From Thermoplasmata archaeon (lineage in GTDB: Archaea > Thermoplasmatota > SW-10-69-26 > JACQPN01 > JAJPHT01): a DNA stretch of 64,000 bases. Under the pieces are notes generated by a model that worked only from the letters and a program-made list of their open reading frames with translations, did no database searches and was not told the DNA's origin. The DNA lies in assembly GCA_034667685.1 (NCBI GenBank), contig JAXDQU010000124.1, forward strand, positions 1-64,000, written 5' to 3'. Positions 37,207-45,850 of the stretch are shown here, piece by piece (the stretch's first letter is position 1; the number at the start of each line of letters is the position of its first letter). A program made the position numbers and the translations under genes.

Positions 37207-38415
37207 ATGATCGGCGAGCAGATCCGGCAGGACTTCCCGCTGCTATCAAAATTGGAGCCGCCGATCTACCTCGACAGCGCGTGCATGACGCTGAAGCCGC
37301 GCAGCGTGATCGACGCGGTCGTCCGCTACTACGAGGAGACGCCGTTCTGCGCGGGGCGCGCGGTCTACGAGGGCTCGCTCGCCGTCGAGGAAGCGATGGA
37401 AGCGGCCCGGTGCGACCTCGCCGCGCTCCTGGGCGGCCGCCGCGAGGCGACCGTCTTCACCAAGAACGCGACCGAGGCGATCAACCTCGTCGCGCACGCC
37501 TTCCCCTGGCGCCCGGGCGACGTCGTGCTCACCACGGACCGCGAGCACAACAGCAACCTCGTGCCCTGGCAGATGCTATCAAGCCGCGGCGTCAGGCACG
37601 AGGTCGTCCCCTCGCGCGAGGACGGCACGCTCGACCTCGACGCGTGGCGCGGCCGGCTCGCGCGCGGCGACGTCGCGCTGGTGGCGGCGGTGCACGTCTC
37701 GAACCTCGACGGCTACGAGGCGCCCGTCCGCGAGCTGACCGCGATCGCGCACGAGGCCGGCGCGAAGGTCCTGCTGGATGGCGCGCAGGCCGCGGGCCAC
37801 CAGCCGGTCGACCTCGGCCGGGTCGGCGCGGACTTCTATGCCGTCTCGCTCCACAAGATGCTCGGACCCACGGGTGTCGGCGCCCTGCTCGCGCGCCCCG
37901 AGGCGCTCGCCGCGCTGGGCCCGTTCATGACCGGCGGCGACACCGTCGCGCGCACCACGTACGAAGGGGCGGACCTGCTCGAAGCGCCCGCCAAGTTCGA
38001 GGCCGGGCTCCAGAACTACGCGGGGCTCGCCGGCAGCGTCGCCGCGCTCGCGTACCTCCGCGGCCTCGGGCCCGAGCGCATCCACGCGCACGCCTGCGCG
38101 CTGATGCGCCGCGCCGCGGAGGGGCTCGCGGGCGCGCCCGGCCTCGCGCTCGTGGGCGCGCCGCTGGAGACGCGCGCGGGCATCGTCCCCTTCACGCTCG
38201 ACGAGCAGGATCCGCATACCCTCGCCATCCTCCTGGAGGACAAGCACCGCGTCCTCGTCCGCAGCGGCGACCACTGCCTCCACAGCTGGTTCAATGCGCG
38301 CGGCGTGCCCGGCGCCGTCCGGGCCAGCGTGGGCCCCTACACGACCGCGGCCGAGATCGACGCCTTCGTCGAGGCGACCCGGGGCCTGCTCCGCCAGCTC
38401 GCTCACAAGCGGTGA
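37207..38415 (+). CDS. Cysteine desulfurase (class V PLP, SufS/CsdA-like)
   Basis: YLDSAC, EHNSNLVPW, DGAQ, HKMLGPTG, RSGDHC. Confidence 0.9.
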   Translation: MIGEQIRQDFPLLSKLEPPIYLDSACMTLKPRSVIDAVVRYYEETPFCAGRAVYEGSLAVEEAMEAARCDLAALLGGRREATVFTKNATEAINLVAHAFPWRPGDVVLTTDREHNSNLVPWQMLSSRGVRHEVVPSREDGTLDLDAWRGRLARGDVALVAAVHVSNLDGYEAPVRELTAIAHEAGAKVLLDGAQAAGHQPVDLGRVGADFYAVSLHKMLGPTGVGALLARPEALAALGPFMTGGDTVARTTYEGADLLEAPAKFEAGLQNYAGLAGSVAALAYLRGLGPERIHAHACALMRRAAEGLAGAPGLALVGAPLETRAGIVPFTLDEQDPHTLAILLEDKHRVLVRSGDHCLHSWFNARGVPGAVRASVGPYTTAAEIDAFVEATRGLLRQLAHKR

Positions 38416-38465
38416 TCCAGGGGCGTACCTCAACCGGGTTGCCACCCCATGCCGCCGCGGCGGCC

Positions 38466-38777
38466 ATGGATCCGGTCGGTTTCGGGACGTTCGGCGAGCG
38501 GCGCGGCGAGTTCGACATCCTGGTCGCCATCCTCCGCCTCGCGGCCCAGGGGCACGGCCGCACGCGCATCATGTACGGCGCGAACATCAGCCACGCCATG
38601 CTCCGGCGCTACCTCGACGGCCTGGAGAGCAAGGGCTTCGTCGCGCGCGACGGGGAGTCCTACGCGCTCACCGCCAAGGGCGAGCAGCTCCGCCGCGACA
38701 TGGAGCGCGTGCTGACCCACTTCGAGCGGGCGCCGCGGGACGCGCCCTTCTCGCCGGACGCCAAGGCTGCCCCATAG
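38466..38777 (+). CDS. Archaeal winged-helix protein
   Basis: RR.EFDILVAIL...TRIMYGANIS...YLDGL...YALTAKG. Confidence 0.85.
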   Translation: MDPVGFGTFGERRGEFDILVAILRLAAQGHGRTRIMYGANISHAMLRRYLDGLESKGFVARDGESYALTAKGEQLRRDMERVLTHFERAPRDAPFSPDAKAAP

Positions 38778-38836
38778 CTACGCTACGGCGTGGGCGGAAC
38801 GTCCCCGGCTTCAGGACGCCCCCTGGCATGGCCGGC

Positions 38837-39127
38837 TCAGAGCATCCGCCAGGGCGTCTTGACGAACGGCCCTTGGCCGTCGCCCGGGCACTGGTTGCTC
38901 ACGAAGAAGTAGCACTGGCGGCAGTCCATCAGGTTGCAGCGCGCGCCCAGCACGCCGGCCTCGCGCAGCCGGCCCACGGCGTAGCGCACCGTGCGGCCGG
39001 GCATGCCCGTCGCCGCCACGAGGTCCTTGTGTGTCAGCGGCCCGGCGCGGGTGAGCGTCTCGAAGACGTGGCGCGCGCTGGGCGGGAGCCCATCGGGCAT
39101 GGCGACCAGGGGCGCGACGTTTGCCAC
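38837..39127 (-). CDS. Archaeal MarR-like HTH regulator with four-Cys C-terminus
   Basis: LPPSARHVF.TL...GPLT...RTVRYAV.RL; CNLMDCRQC-x7-C; start GTG 39127 or ATG 39100. Confidence 0.8.
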   Translation of the reverse strand: MANVAPLVAMPDGLPPSARHVFETLTRAGPLTHKDLVAATGMPGRTVRYAVGRLREAGVLGARCNLMDCRQCYFFVSNQCPGDGQGPFVKTPWRML

Positions 39128-39181
39128 GCTCGTTCGATTCCAGGCCTTGGATATAATGATGATGGGAACCCTGGGGCCACC

Positions 39182-39721
39182 GTGCTGAGGATCTGGACCA
39201 TCGGCCACAGCAACCGGACGCCCGAGGCGTTCCTCGACCTGCTCGTCCAGAATGGCATCCAGCGCGTCGTCGACGTGCGGACCCTTCCCCGCTCGCGGCA
39301 CAATGCATGGACCAGCGTGGACGCGCTGCCGGGCATCCTGGCGGCGCGCGGCATCTCCCACGCGCACCTTCCCACGCTGGGCGGCCTGCGCAAGCCGAGG
39401 CCCGAGAGCCCCAACGGCGCGTGGCGCAACGAGAGCTTCCGCGGCTACGCGGACCACATGCGCACGCCCGAGTTCGAGGAAGGGCTCGCCACGCTCCTGC
39501 GCGGGGCGGCGCGCGAGCCCACGGCGATCATGTGCGCGGAGGCCGTGCCCTGGCGCTGCCACCGCTCGCTGATCGCGGACGCCCTCCTGGCGCGCGGCGT
39601 CGAGGTGCTTGATATCATCGACGGGCCGGCCAAGCCGCATCGGATGACGCCCTTCGCGCGCGTCGTCGAGGGGCGCGTCACGTACCCGCCCGCGGGCGGC
39701 GAGCAGACGCGGCTCCTCTAG
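39182..39721 (+). CDS. DUF488 protein
   Basis: IWTIGHSNR, VDVR, LGGLR, SFRGYADHM, MCAEAVPWRCHRSLIADAL. Confidence 0.92.
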   Translation: MLRIWTIGHSNRTPEAFLDLLVQNGIQRVVDVRTLPRSRHNAWTSVDALPGILAARGISHAHLPTLGGLRKPRPESPNGAWRNESFRGYADHMRTPEFEEGLATLLRGAAREPTAIMCAEAVPWRCHRSLIADALLARGVEVLDIIDGPAKPHRMTPFARVVEGRVTYPPAGGEQTRLL

Positions 39722-41253
39722 TCGCGCGGCAGCGGCATGGGCGGCGCCAGGTCGAGCGGCGCCACGTCGCCCTTGCCCGTGAGCGACGGTCCGGAGACCT
39801 GGACGGCGACGCCCACCTGGCGCTCGCGGCTCTGGCCGCCCACGACGTCCGCGACGTTGCCCGCGCAGCCGTTGCGCGGCACGCAGCCGTCGGTGAACGC
39901 GACGTACCAGCGCCCATCCTTGTCGTGGACCATGTCGATGAAGTCCAGGAGGTTGCGGCAGCCGTGCGGCCCGCCGCCTCCGCCTTCGAGCCAGATGCAG
40001 CCCACCTGCACGGGGTCCTCGTTGGGCGTGACCTGCGTCGTGACGAACGTGGGGCTCGCGGACTCCGCGTCGTCCACGGTGGTCACGAACAGGTGCCACG
40101 CGCTGCCCAGCGTCGCGTTGCTCGGCGAGGCGCCGGGGTCTTGCGGGTCGCGCGTGCCCACGTACGCCATGGCGAGGCGGCCGTCGGCGCCGCTGGTGAT
40201 CGCGGTGAACTCGTCGAGCGTCTGGCCGGGCGGCGCGACGCGGAAGCTCTGGCAGGTCTGGAACTTGTCCTTGCTGCGGAGCAGATGCGTCATCTCGTCG
40301 TGGTCGCGGTAGAGCAGATACGCCGTGCCGTCGGGGGTGACGGTGATATCAGCGTCGATCTCGAGCTGGCCGAGCTTGGGGTCGCATTGGCGGACGCTCC
40401 ACGTGACGCCGCCGTCCTCCGAGAGCACGACGGTGAGGGGCCGCTCGCAGCGCGTGCCGCCCAGGTTGCCCAGCACGAGCGCGACGGTGCCGTCGGGGAA
40501 CGCGGCCGGGTGGCCGTTGATGTTGCTGCAGAGATGGTCGTTGACGTAGACCTCGCGCTCCAGCGGGAACGACAGCCCGCCATCGAAGCTCGTCATGCAC
40601 GAGGTGCCCATGCCGTCGGCCAGCCCGCCCAGGCCCGTGTCGAGCATCTTGTTGACGCACATGTAGACGAGGCTCGGGTACTGGCCGGGCGCGCGCGGGA
40701 TCGTCGCGGGCGGCGGCGCCGTCATGACCTTCTGGTGGTCGAGGCCGGGCGTGGCGCAGTCGAGAGGACGCTCCGTCCACGTGTTGCCATCGTCGTCGCT
40801 CCAGCTCATCCACGTGCACAGGAGCGCAGGGTGCATCTGGTTGGCGAAGACGCGGTCCGTGCCGGCGTCCACCCACATCATGGGGTCTGACGTGCCGAAC
40901 TGGTCGTCGGTCAGGGGCGCGCCGGGCGTCACGAGATCCTCGACCACCTTCCACGTCTTGCCGTGGTCGGTGCTGCGCCGCACCTGGTCGAGCGTCGTGA
41001 CGAAGAGGCTGCCCTTCGACGTCACGCCGACGTTGGGCTCGGCCCCCGTGCCGGGCACGAGCTGCTCGATCCCCTTCACGACGTCGGCGGGGACCGGGCG
41101 CGCGGTGCCGTTGCCATCGTACGCCACGGGCGCCGGCCACGTGTAGGCGGTCGCGGGCTGCGCGACGGAGAGCGGCTGGAGCGGGAGCGGCGCGCCGCCC
41201 AGGCAGCCGGAGAGCAGCAGCGCGAGCGCGAGGACGATCATCCTGTTACTCAA
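39718..41253 (-). CDS. Asp-box beta-propeller lipoprotein, sialidase-like
   Basis: Lipobox LSGC; STDHGKTW, SDDDGNTW, SFDGGLSF, SEDGGVTW. Confidence 0.85.
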   Translation of the reverse strand: MSNRMIVLALALLLSGCLGGAPLPLQPLSVAQPATAYTWPAPVAYDGNGTARPVPADVVKGIEQLVPGTGAEPNVGVTSKGSLFVTTLDQVRRSTDHGKTWKVVEDLVTPGAPLTDDQFGTSDPMMWVDAGTDRVFANQMHPALLCTWMSWSDDDGNTWTERPLDCATPGLDHQKVMTAPPPATIPRAPGQYPSLVYMCVNKMLDTGLGGLADGMGTSCMTSFDGGLSFPLEREVYVNDHLCSNINGHPAAFPDGTVALVLGNLGGTRCERPLTVVLSEDGGVTWSVRQCDPKLGQLEIDADITVTPDGTAYLLYRDHDEMTHLLRSKDKFQTCQSFRVAPPGQTLDEFTAITSGADGRLAMAYVGTRDPQDPGASPSNATLGSAWHLFVTTVDDAESASPTFVTTQVTPNEDPVQVGCIWLEGGGGGPHGCRNLLDFIDMVHDKDGRWYVAFTDGCVPRNGCAGNVADVVGGQSRERQVGVAVQVSGPSLTGKGDVAPLDLAPPMPLPRD

Positions 41254-44200
41254 GGTCGGGCACCCCCTTGTCGAGGCGGCGGAAGCGCAGGAGCATCCCG
41301 CCCACGGCGACGACGCCGGCGAACGCGCCCACGCCGGAGAGGATGCTCGGCACGAGGACCGGCGCGCCCTCGTCCTGCACGGAGAAAGGCGTGCGGGCCG
41401 CGGCGGCTTCGAGCTTCTCCACGGCCTGCTCGCCCGGCGTCGCGCCCGGCACGTGCGCCAGGAGGTCGGCCTGCTGAAGGTGCGGGAGGCTCCACGTCGA
41501 GGCGCCCGTGCGCGAGGTGACGAGCATCAGCTGGGGCATCACGGTGTCCAGCTCGTAGAGGAGCGACTCCGATCCGTTGCCGGTGAGGAAGATCCCCTCC
41601 TGGAGCTGGCTTGCGGCCAGGTGGACGTCCACCAGGACGTCCTGCCGCCCGTCGGGCTGCGCGAGCCCCTGGAGCGAGACGTAGGGCAGCGCCTCGGCGT
41701 AGCCGGTGGTGGAGACCGCGGAGACGCGGCGCGACCAGATCGCGCCCCCGCCGGCGCCGTCGTAGAGCGTGAGCCAAAGGTCGTTGACGTCTCCCGAAAG
41801 CACGCCCATCTCACGCCGGCCGTCGCCATTGGCGTCGGGCGCCGCGATGGGGGAGCAGAACGTCCCCACGCACGACACGGTGGACAGCGGCCGCGCCGTG
41901 CGTCCGTCCAGGAACGAGAGATGGTGGAGGACGGTCTGGTCGCCCAGCAGCTCCGGCCGGTCCACGGGCACCTCTCCCACGCCGTCGCCGTTGACGTCGA
42001 CGATGCCCGCGCGGCGCATGGCGTCGAGGAAGTAGGCGACGTCCGCGGGCGCCTCGAGGCTGGTGGCCGTCCAGAGCGTCTTGCCCGTGCGGCCCGAGAG
42101 GACGAAGACGTGCGCCGGCTGGACGACCGCGCGGTCTTCGCTGGTGGCGTACCACTCGGTCGCGACGAGGTCGGCCGCCCCGTCGCCGTCCGAGTCGCCA
42201 AGGAGCGCGGCGTCGATCGCGCGCGGCGCCTCGCGCGACCACAGAAGGTGGCCGTCGCGGCCGCTGCGCGCCGAGAGGACGTCGCGCGGCTCCGAGCCGG
42301 TCAGGCGCTCGCGCAGGATGACGTCCGAGGCGCCGTCGCCGTCGAGGTCGGCGGTCGCCAGGATGCGCACCTCGTGCGCGGGCACGTTGAGCTCGGCGGC
42401 CAAGCGCAGCCGCGGGTTGGGATAGGGATGCGCGCCCGTGGTGGCGGGCACGTCGCGCCGGATCGTCTGGTCCCACAGCTTCTTGCCCGTGGCGCCGCCG
42501 AACGCGACGAGGTGGACGTCGAAGTCGCGCGGACCCGTGTTCGCGTTGGGCGTGGGCGACCAGACGTTCTCGCGGTAGAGGACGTCGGGCACGCCGTCGC
42601 CATCGAGGTCGGGGCAGCAGGGAGCCGGGTCCCAGGCCCGGTCCTTGACGCTGACGGGAGGCGCGTCCTCGTCGCGCTCGGCGTAGGCGGCGTCGAGGAT
42701 CCACGCCTCGCGGCTCGCGGCGGGATCGGCGGTGAAGGTGTCCGTGCGCCACGCGACGTGGCCGGTCTGCGGATCGAGGCGCGCGACCCACTCCACGCTG
42801 TCGTAGCGGTCGAGCAGGATCGGCCCGTTGTTGAAGCCGGGCGCGGACACGTACGACTTCACCTCGCCCACGCTCCAGCCGACGCCTTCGACGAAGAGCG
42901 CGCCGGACGCCACGAAGGTCTGGATGAAGAAGGTGTCCGCCTGCGAGGCCATGACGCCGTCCTCGGCCTCGCGTCCCTGGAACGCCCAGCGCCAGAGCGT
43001 CGCGCCGTCGCGCGCGTCGATCATGGCGATCTCGTGGAGCGAGACGGCGGCCCCGAAGAGGAGGCTCGGGCGCTCGACGCGCGTGCGCTCCACGACGATG
43101 CCGGTCCCGTTGGCGAGGCGCATGGTGCCCACGACGCGCGCGTTGGAGCAGCCCATCTGCGTCGAGTTCTCGTTGAGGTCCACGGCCCACGCGACGGTCC
43201 CGCGCGCGCCGTCGAGGCCGAAGAGCCTGTGCTCGGGCGGGCAGCGCCAGATGGCCTCGTGGTCGGCGTCCTCGGGCAGGCGGAAGGCGCCCTCGCAGTC
43301 GTACCGGACGACGCAATAGACGTCCGCCACCACGTCGGCGCGCCCGTCTCCCGTGACGTCGCCGATGGGGTAGGTGAACGCGAGCGTGTCGTTGTCGTCG
43401 AAGACGCGCTGCGTCGTGGCGTTGGGCTCGGGCGTGGCCGCTTCCGTGGGCGGGGGCAGGAGCGTGGGCGGGGGCGAGGGCAACGGCGCGCGGCCGCCCA
43501 GGGACAGGCTCAGCGCGGGCGAGACGGGGAGCGCCGTGACGAGGACGACGAGCACCACGCCCGCGGCGAGGAGCTTGAGCGGAAGACGGCTCAGCGCGAG
43601 CAGCGTCGCGAGCCCCAGCGCCAGCCCAAGCGCGACGCCCACGACGACGCCCCATGCGACCCGCGGCGCCAGCGGCGCGGGCGGGGCGTCCACGCTGGCC
43701 AACGAGAGCGGCTGCGTGCTCGCGGGCGAGCTGAGGTTGGGCGAGCGCCACACGAGGCTCCCGTCGTTGGCGATCCTCGCGCGGGGCGTGATGACCTCGT
43801 GGCGGCGCTCGAAGCTGAAGTCCTGGAGGTCGGCCCACGCGAGCGTCGCGCCGCCCGGAAGGCCCGCGCAGCCGGCGCCCAAGGCCTCGAGCTCGATGCC
43901 GGTGGTCGCGGCGTGGGGCGCGCTGCTGCTGTGCAGCGGCACGCGCCAGAGCGTCTGGCCGCTGCTCGCGTCCAGGCGCGTGACGTCGACGCGCCGCGCG
44001 TGGCCCGAGACGACGGTGAGCTTCGTGCCCGCGTCGCCGCACGCGACGACGCGCCCGTCCGGACCCCAGGCGGAGAGCGTCTGGAGCACGTGGCCGTCGA
44101 CGCCGCTGCGCACCTCGTAGACGTGGCTCGACGTGGCCAGGAGCGCCTGGTCGCGCCCCGTCTCGAAGGCGGGCTGGGCGGGCGTGACGAGGTCTCGCAC

Positions 44201-45841
44201 GCCATCGCCGTCGAGGTCGAAGGGGGCGAGCGCTTCGCCATACTGCGCCAGCGCCAATTGATAGCTCAGGTAGGAATTCTCCGCGAAGCTGCGCTCCCAC
44301 GTCCAGCGAGAGGCGCCGGTGGCCGCGTCGAGCCCGACCAGGCGGAGGCTCTTGGCAGGGAAGCGCCCGCCCGGCGGGGGGAGGGTGGGCACGTCGACCA
44401 GGCCCACGCCCAGGAGCCCCTTGCCCAGCGGCGCCGCGCGGCCCCAGCCTTGCAGGCGCGCGTCCCACATGGGCGTGCCGTTGGCGCCGCGCAGCGGGAC
44501 GAAGTGCGTCCGGTACTGGCCGTTCGGCGTCGCCTGGAGGCCAAGCTCCTGGCCGACCCACGAGGCCATGACATCAGGGTGGCCGTCCCCGTCGAGGTCC
44601 GCGACGGCGTACGCCTGCTCCCACTGGAGCTGCTCGACGCCCTCTTCCAGCGGCGGGCTGGCGCGCGGGGCCAGCGCATCGACGAGCGTGCGGTTCCAGC
44701 CCACCTCGCCAGACCTGCCCTCCAATGCCAGGACGGCCATCCCGCGGCCCGCCTGCGCGAGGCTCGCGCCGGTGGGATCGACGATGCCGGTGGCGCGCGG
44801 GCTCTCCAGCGTCGTCTGGTCGAGCACGATCTCGGGCCAGGCGTCGCCGTCGAGGTCGGTGGCGCTCGCGAGCCACGTCAGGTTCGTGACCTTGCCGTCG
44901 GCCGCGAGGTCGCGCGTCCACATCGTGGTGCCGTTGGCCGCGTCGAGCGCGAGGACGTGGTCGGTCGCCGCGGCGGCGTCGTACGAGAAGGGCGTCTGGA
45001 AGGGCAGGTCGAGCGAGTTGCCGATCTGGGCGTTGGTGAAGCCGATGGGGTCCTCGGCCTTTTGCTCCAGGACGTCGGTGGTCTGGAGCACGACCTCGGC
45101 GCCATGCGGCGTGCGGGCCACCATGAGGCCCGTCGGGAAACCCTGGATGGAACGGACGAAGACGCTCGCGAAGCCATAGAGGGGCGCTGCGTCGTCGGCG
45201 CGCGTGTCGCGCCCATCCAGAGCGCGCGTCCAGAGCGGGCGGCCGTCCTTGCCCGAGAGCGCCTTGACGATGGCCGCGTACGTGACGACCTGGACGTTGC
45301 TCTGCGTGGGCGGCGCGTCCAGCCTCGTGCCGGGCTGGTAGCCGAACGCCACGACGTCGCATGCGCCGTCCCCGTTGAGGTCGGGCGCCGCGACGACGTT
45401 GCGGGGCGCGTCGGGGACCGGCTGGCCGAGACGCTGCCACGAGTCGCCATCGTCGCGCAGCGTGACGGCGAAGAGGTTGTCGGCGGCCCAGAGCTGCGAG
45501 CCGTTGGCGCCGCTCCACGCGACGACCTTGGAGGGGGCGTCCTCCAGCCGCGGGGGCGCGCGCAGGTCGAGGTCGTTCGAGATCATGTCGGGGACGCCGT
45601 CTCCGTCGAGGTCGCACGTCGCGTGCACGTCGCGGTACGTCGTGCGCGGCGCGTTCCCGTCCACGGCCGCGGCCGCGGCGGCCTCCGTCGCGCCCGGCGG
45701 GAGCGCGCCCATCCGCTCCATCTGCGCGAGGAAGGCCGGACCCATGCCTCCCACCTGCGGCGCGACCTGGGGCGCGCTGGCCCGGGCCGGCGCGAGGGGC
45801 GCCAGGAGCAGCACGGCCAGGAGCGCGGGGAGCAGCCTCAT
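41246..45841 (-). CDS. Large membrane-anchored FG-GAP/VCBS plus PQQ-like repeat protein (1531 aa)
   Basis: Signal peptide; many DLDGDGxPD loops and (D/S)GxxGxxLW motifs; central TM pair; C-terminal TM. Confidence 0.88.
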   Translation of the reverse strand: MRLLPALLAVLLLAPLAPARASAPQVAPQVGGMGPAFLAQMERMGALPPGATEAAAAAAVDGNAPRTTYRDVHATCDLDGDGVPDMISNDLDLRAPPRLEDAPSKVVAWSGANGSQLWAADNLFAVTLRDDGDSWQRLGQPVPDAPRNVVAAPDLNGDGACDVVAFGYQPGTRLDAPPTQSNVQVVTYAAIVKALSGKDGRPLWTRALDGRDTRADDAAPLYGFASVFVRSIQGFPTGLMVARTPHGAEVVLQTTDVLEQKAEDPIGFTNAQIGNSLDLPFQTPFSYDAAAATDHVLALDAANGTTMWTRDLAADGKVTNLTWLASATDLDGDAWPEIVLDQTTLESPRATGIVDPTGASLAQAGRGMAVLALEGRSGEVGWNRTLVDALAPRASPPLEEGVEQLQWEQAYAVADLDGDGHPDVMASWVGQELGLQATPNGQYRTHFVPLRGANGTPMWDARLQGWGRAAPLGKGLLGVGLVDVPTLPPPGGRFPAKSLRLVGLDAATGASRWTWERSFAENSYLSYQLALAQYGEALAPFDLDGDGVRDLVTPAQPAFETGRDQALLATSSHVYEVRSGVDGHVLQTLSAWGPDGRVVACGDAGTKLTVVSGHARRVDVTRLDASSGQTLWRVPLHSSSAPHAATTGIELEALGAGCAGLPGGATLAWADLQDFSFERRHEVITPRARIANDGSLVWRSPNLSSPASTQPLSLASVDAPPAPLAPRVAWGVVVGVALGLALGLATLLALSRLPLKLLAAGVVLVVLVTALPVSPALSLSLGGRAPLPSPPPTLLPPPTEAATPEPNATTQRVFDDNDTLAFTYPIGDVTGDGRADVVADVYCVVRYDCEGAFRLPEDADHEAIWRCPPEHRLFGLDGARGTVAWAVDLNENSTQMGCSNARVVGTMRLANGTGIVVERTRVERPSLLFGAAVSLHEIAMIDARDGATLWRWAFQGREAEDGVMASQADTFFIQTFVASGALFVEGVGWSVGEVKSYVSAPGFNNGPILLDRYDSVEWVARLDPQTGHVAWRTDTFTADPAASREAWILDAAYAERDEDAPPVSVKDRAWDPAPCCPDLDGDGVPDVLYRENVWSPTPNANTGPRDFDVHLVAFGGATGKKLWDQTIRRDVPATTGAHPYPNPRLRLAAELNVPAHEVRILATADLDGDGASDVILRERLTGSEPRDVLSARSGRDGHLLWSREAPRAIDAALLGDSDGDGAADLVATEWYATSEDRAVVQPAHVFVLSGRTGKTLWTATSLEAPADVAYFLDAMRRAGIVDVNGDGVGEVPVDRPELLGDQTVLHHLSFLDGRTARPLSTVSCVGTFCSPIAAPDANGDGRREMGVLSGDVNDLWLTLYDGAGGGAIWSRRVSAVSTTGYAEALPYVSLQGLAQPDGRQDVLVDVHLAASQLQEGIFLTGNGSESLLYELDTVMPQLMLVTSRTGASTWSLPHLQQADLLAHVPGATPGEQAVEKLEAAAARTPFSVQDEGAPVLVPSILSGVGAFAGVVAVGGMLLRFRRLDKGVPDLE

Positions 45842-45850
45842 GATATCATC

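Noticed and set aside
39156-39188. ATGATGA...CTGA as a box C/D sRNA
   Set aside because: Too short, no C'/D' boxes, and overlaps the promoter and start of the DUF488 gene
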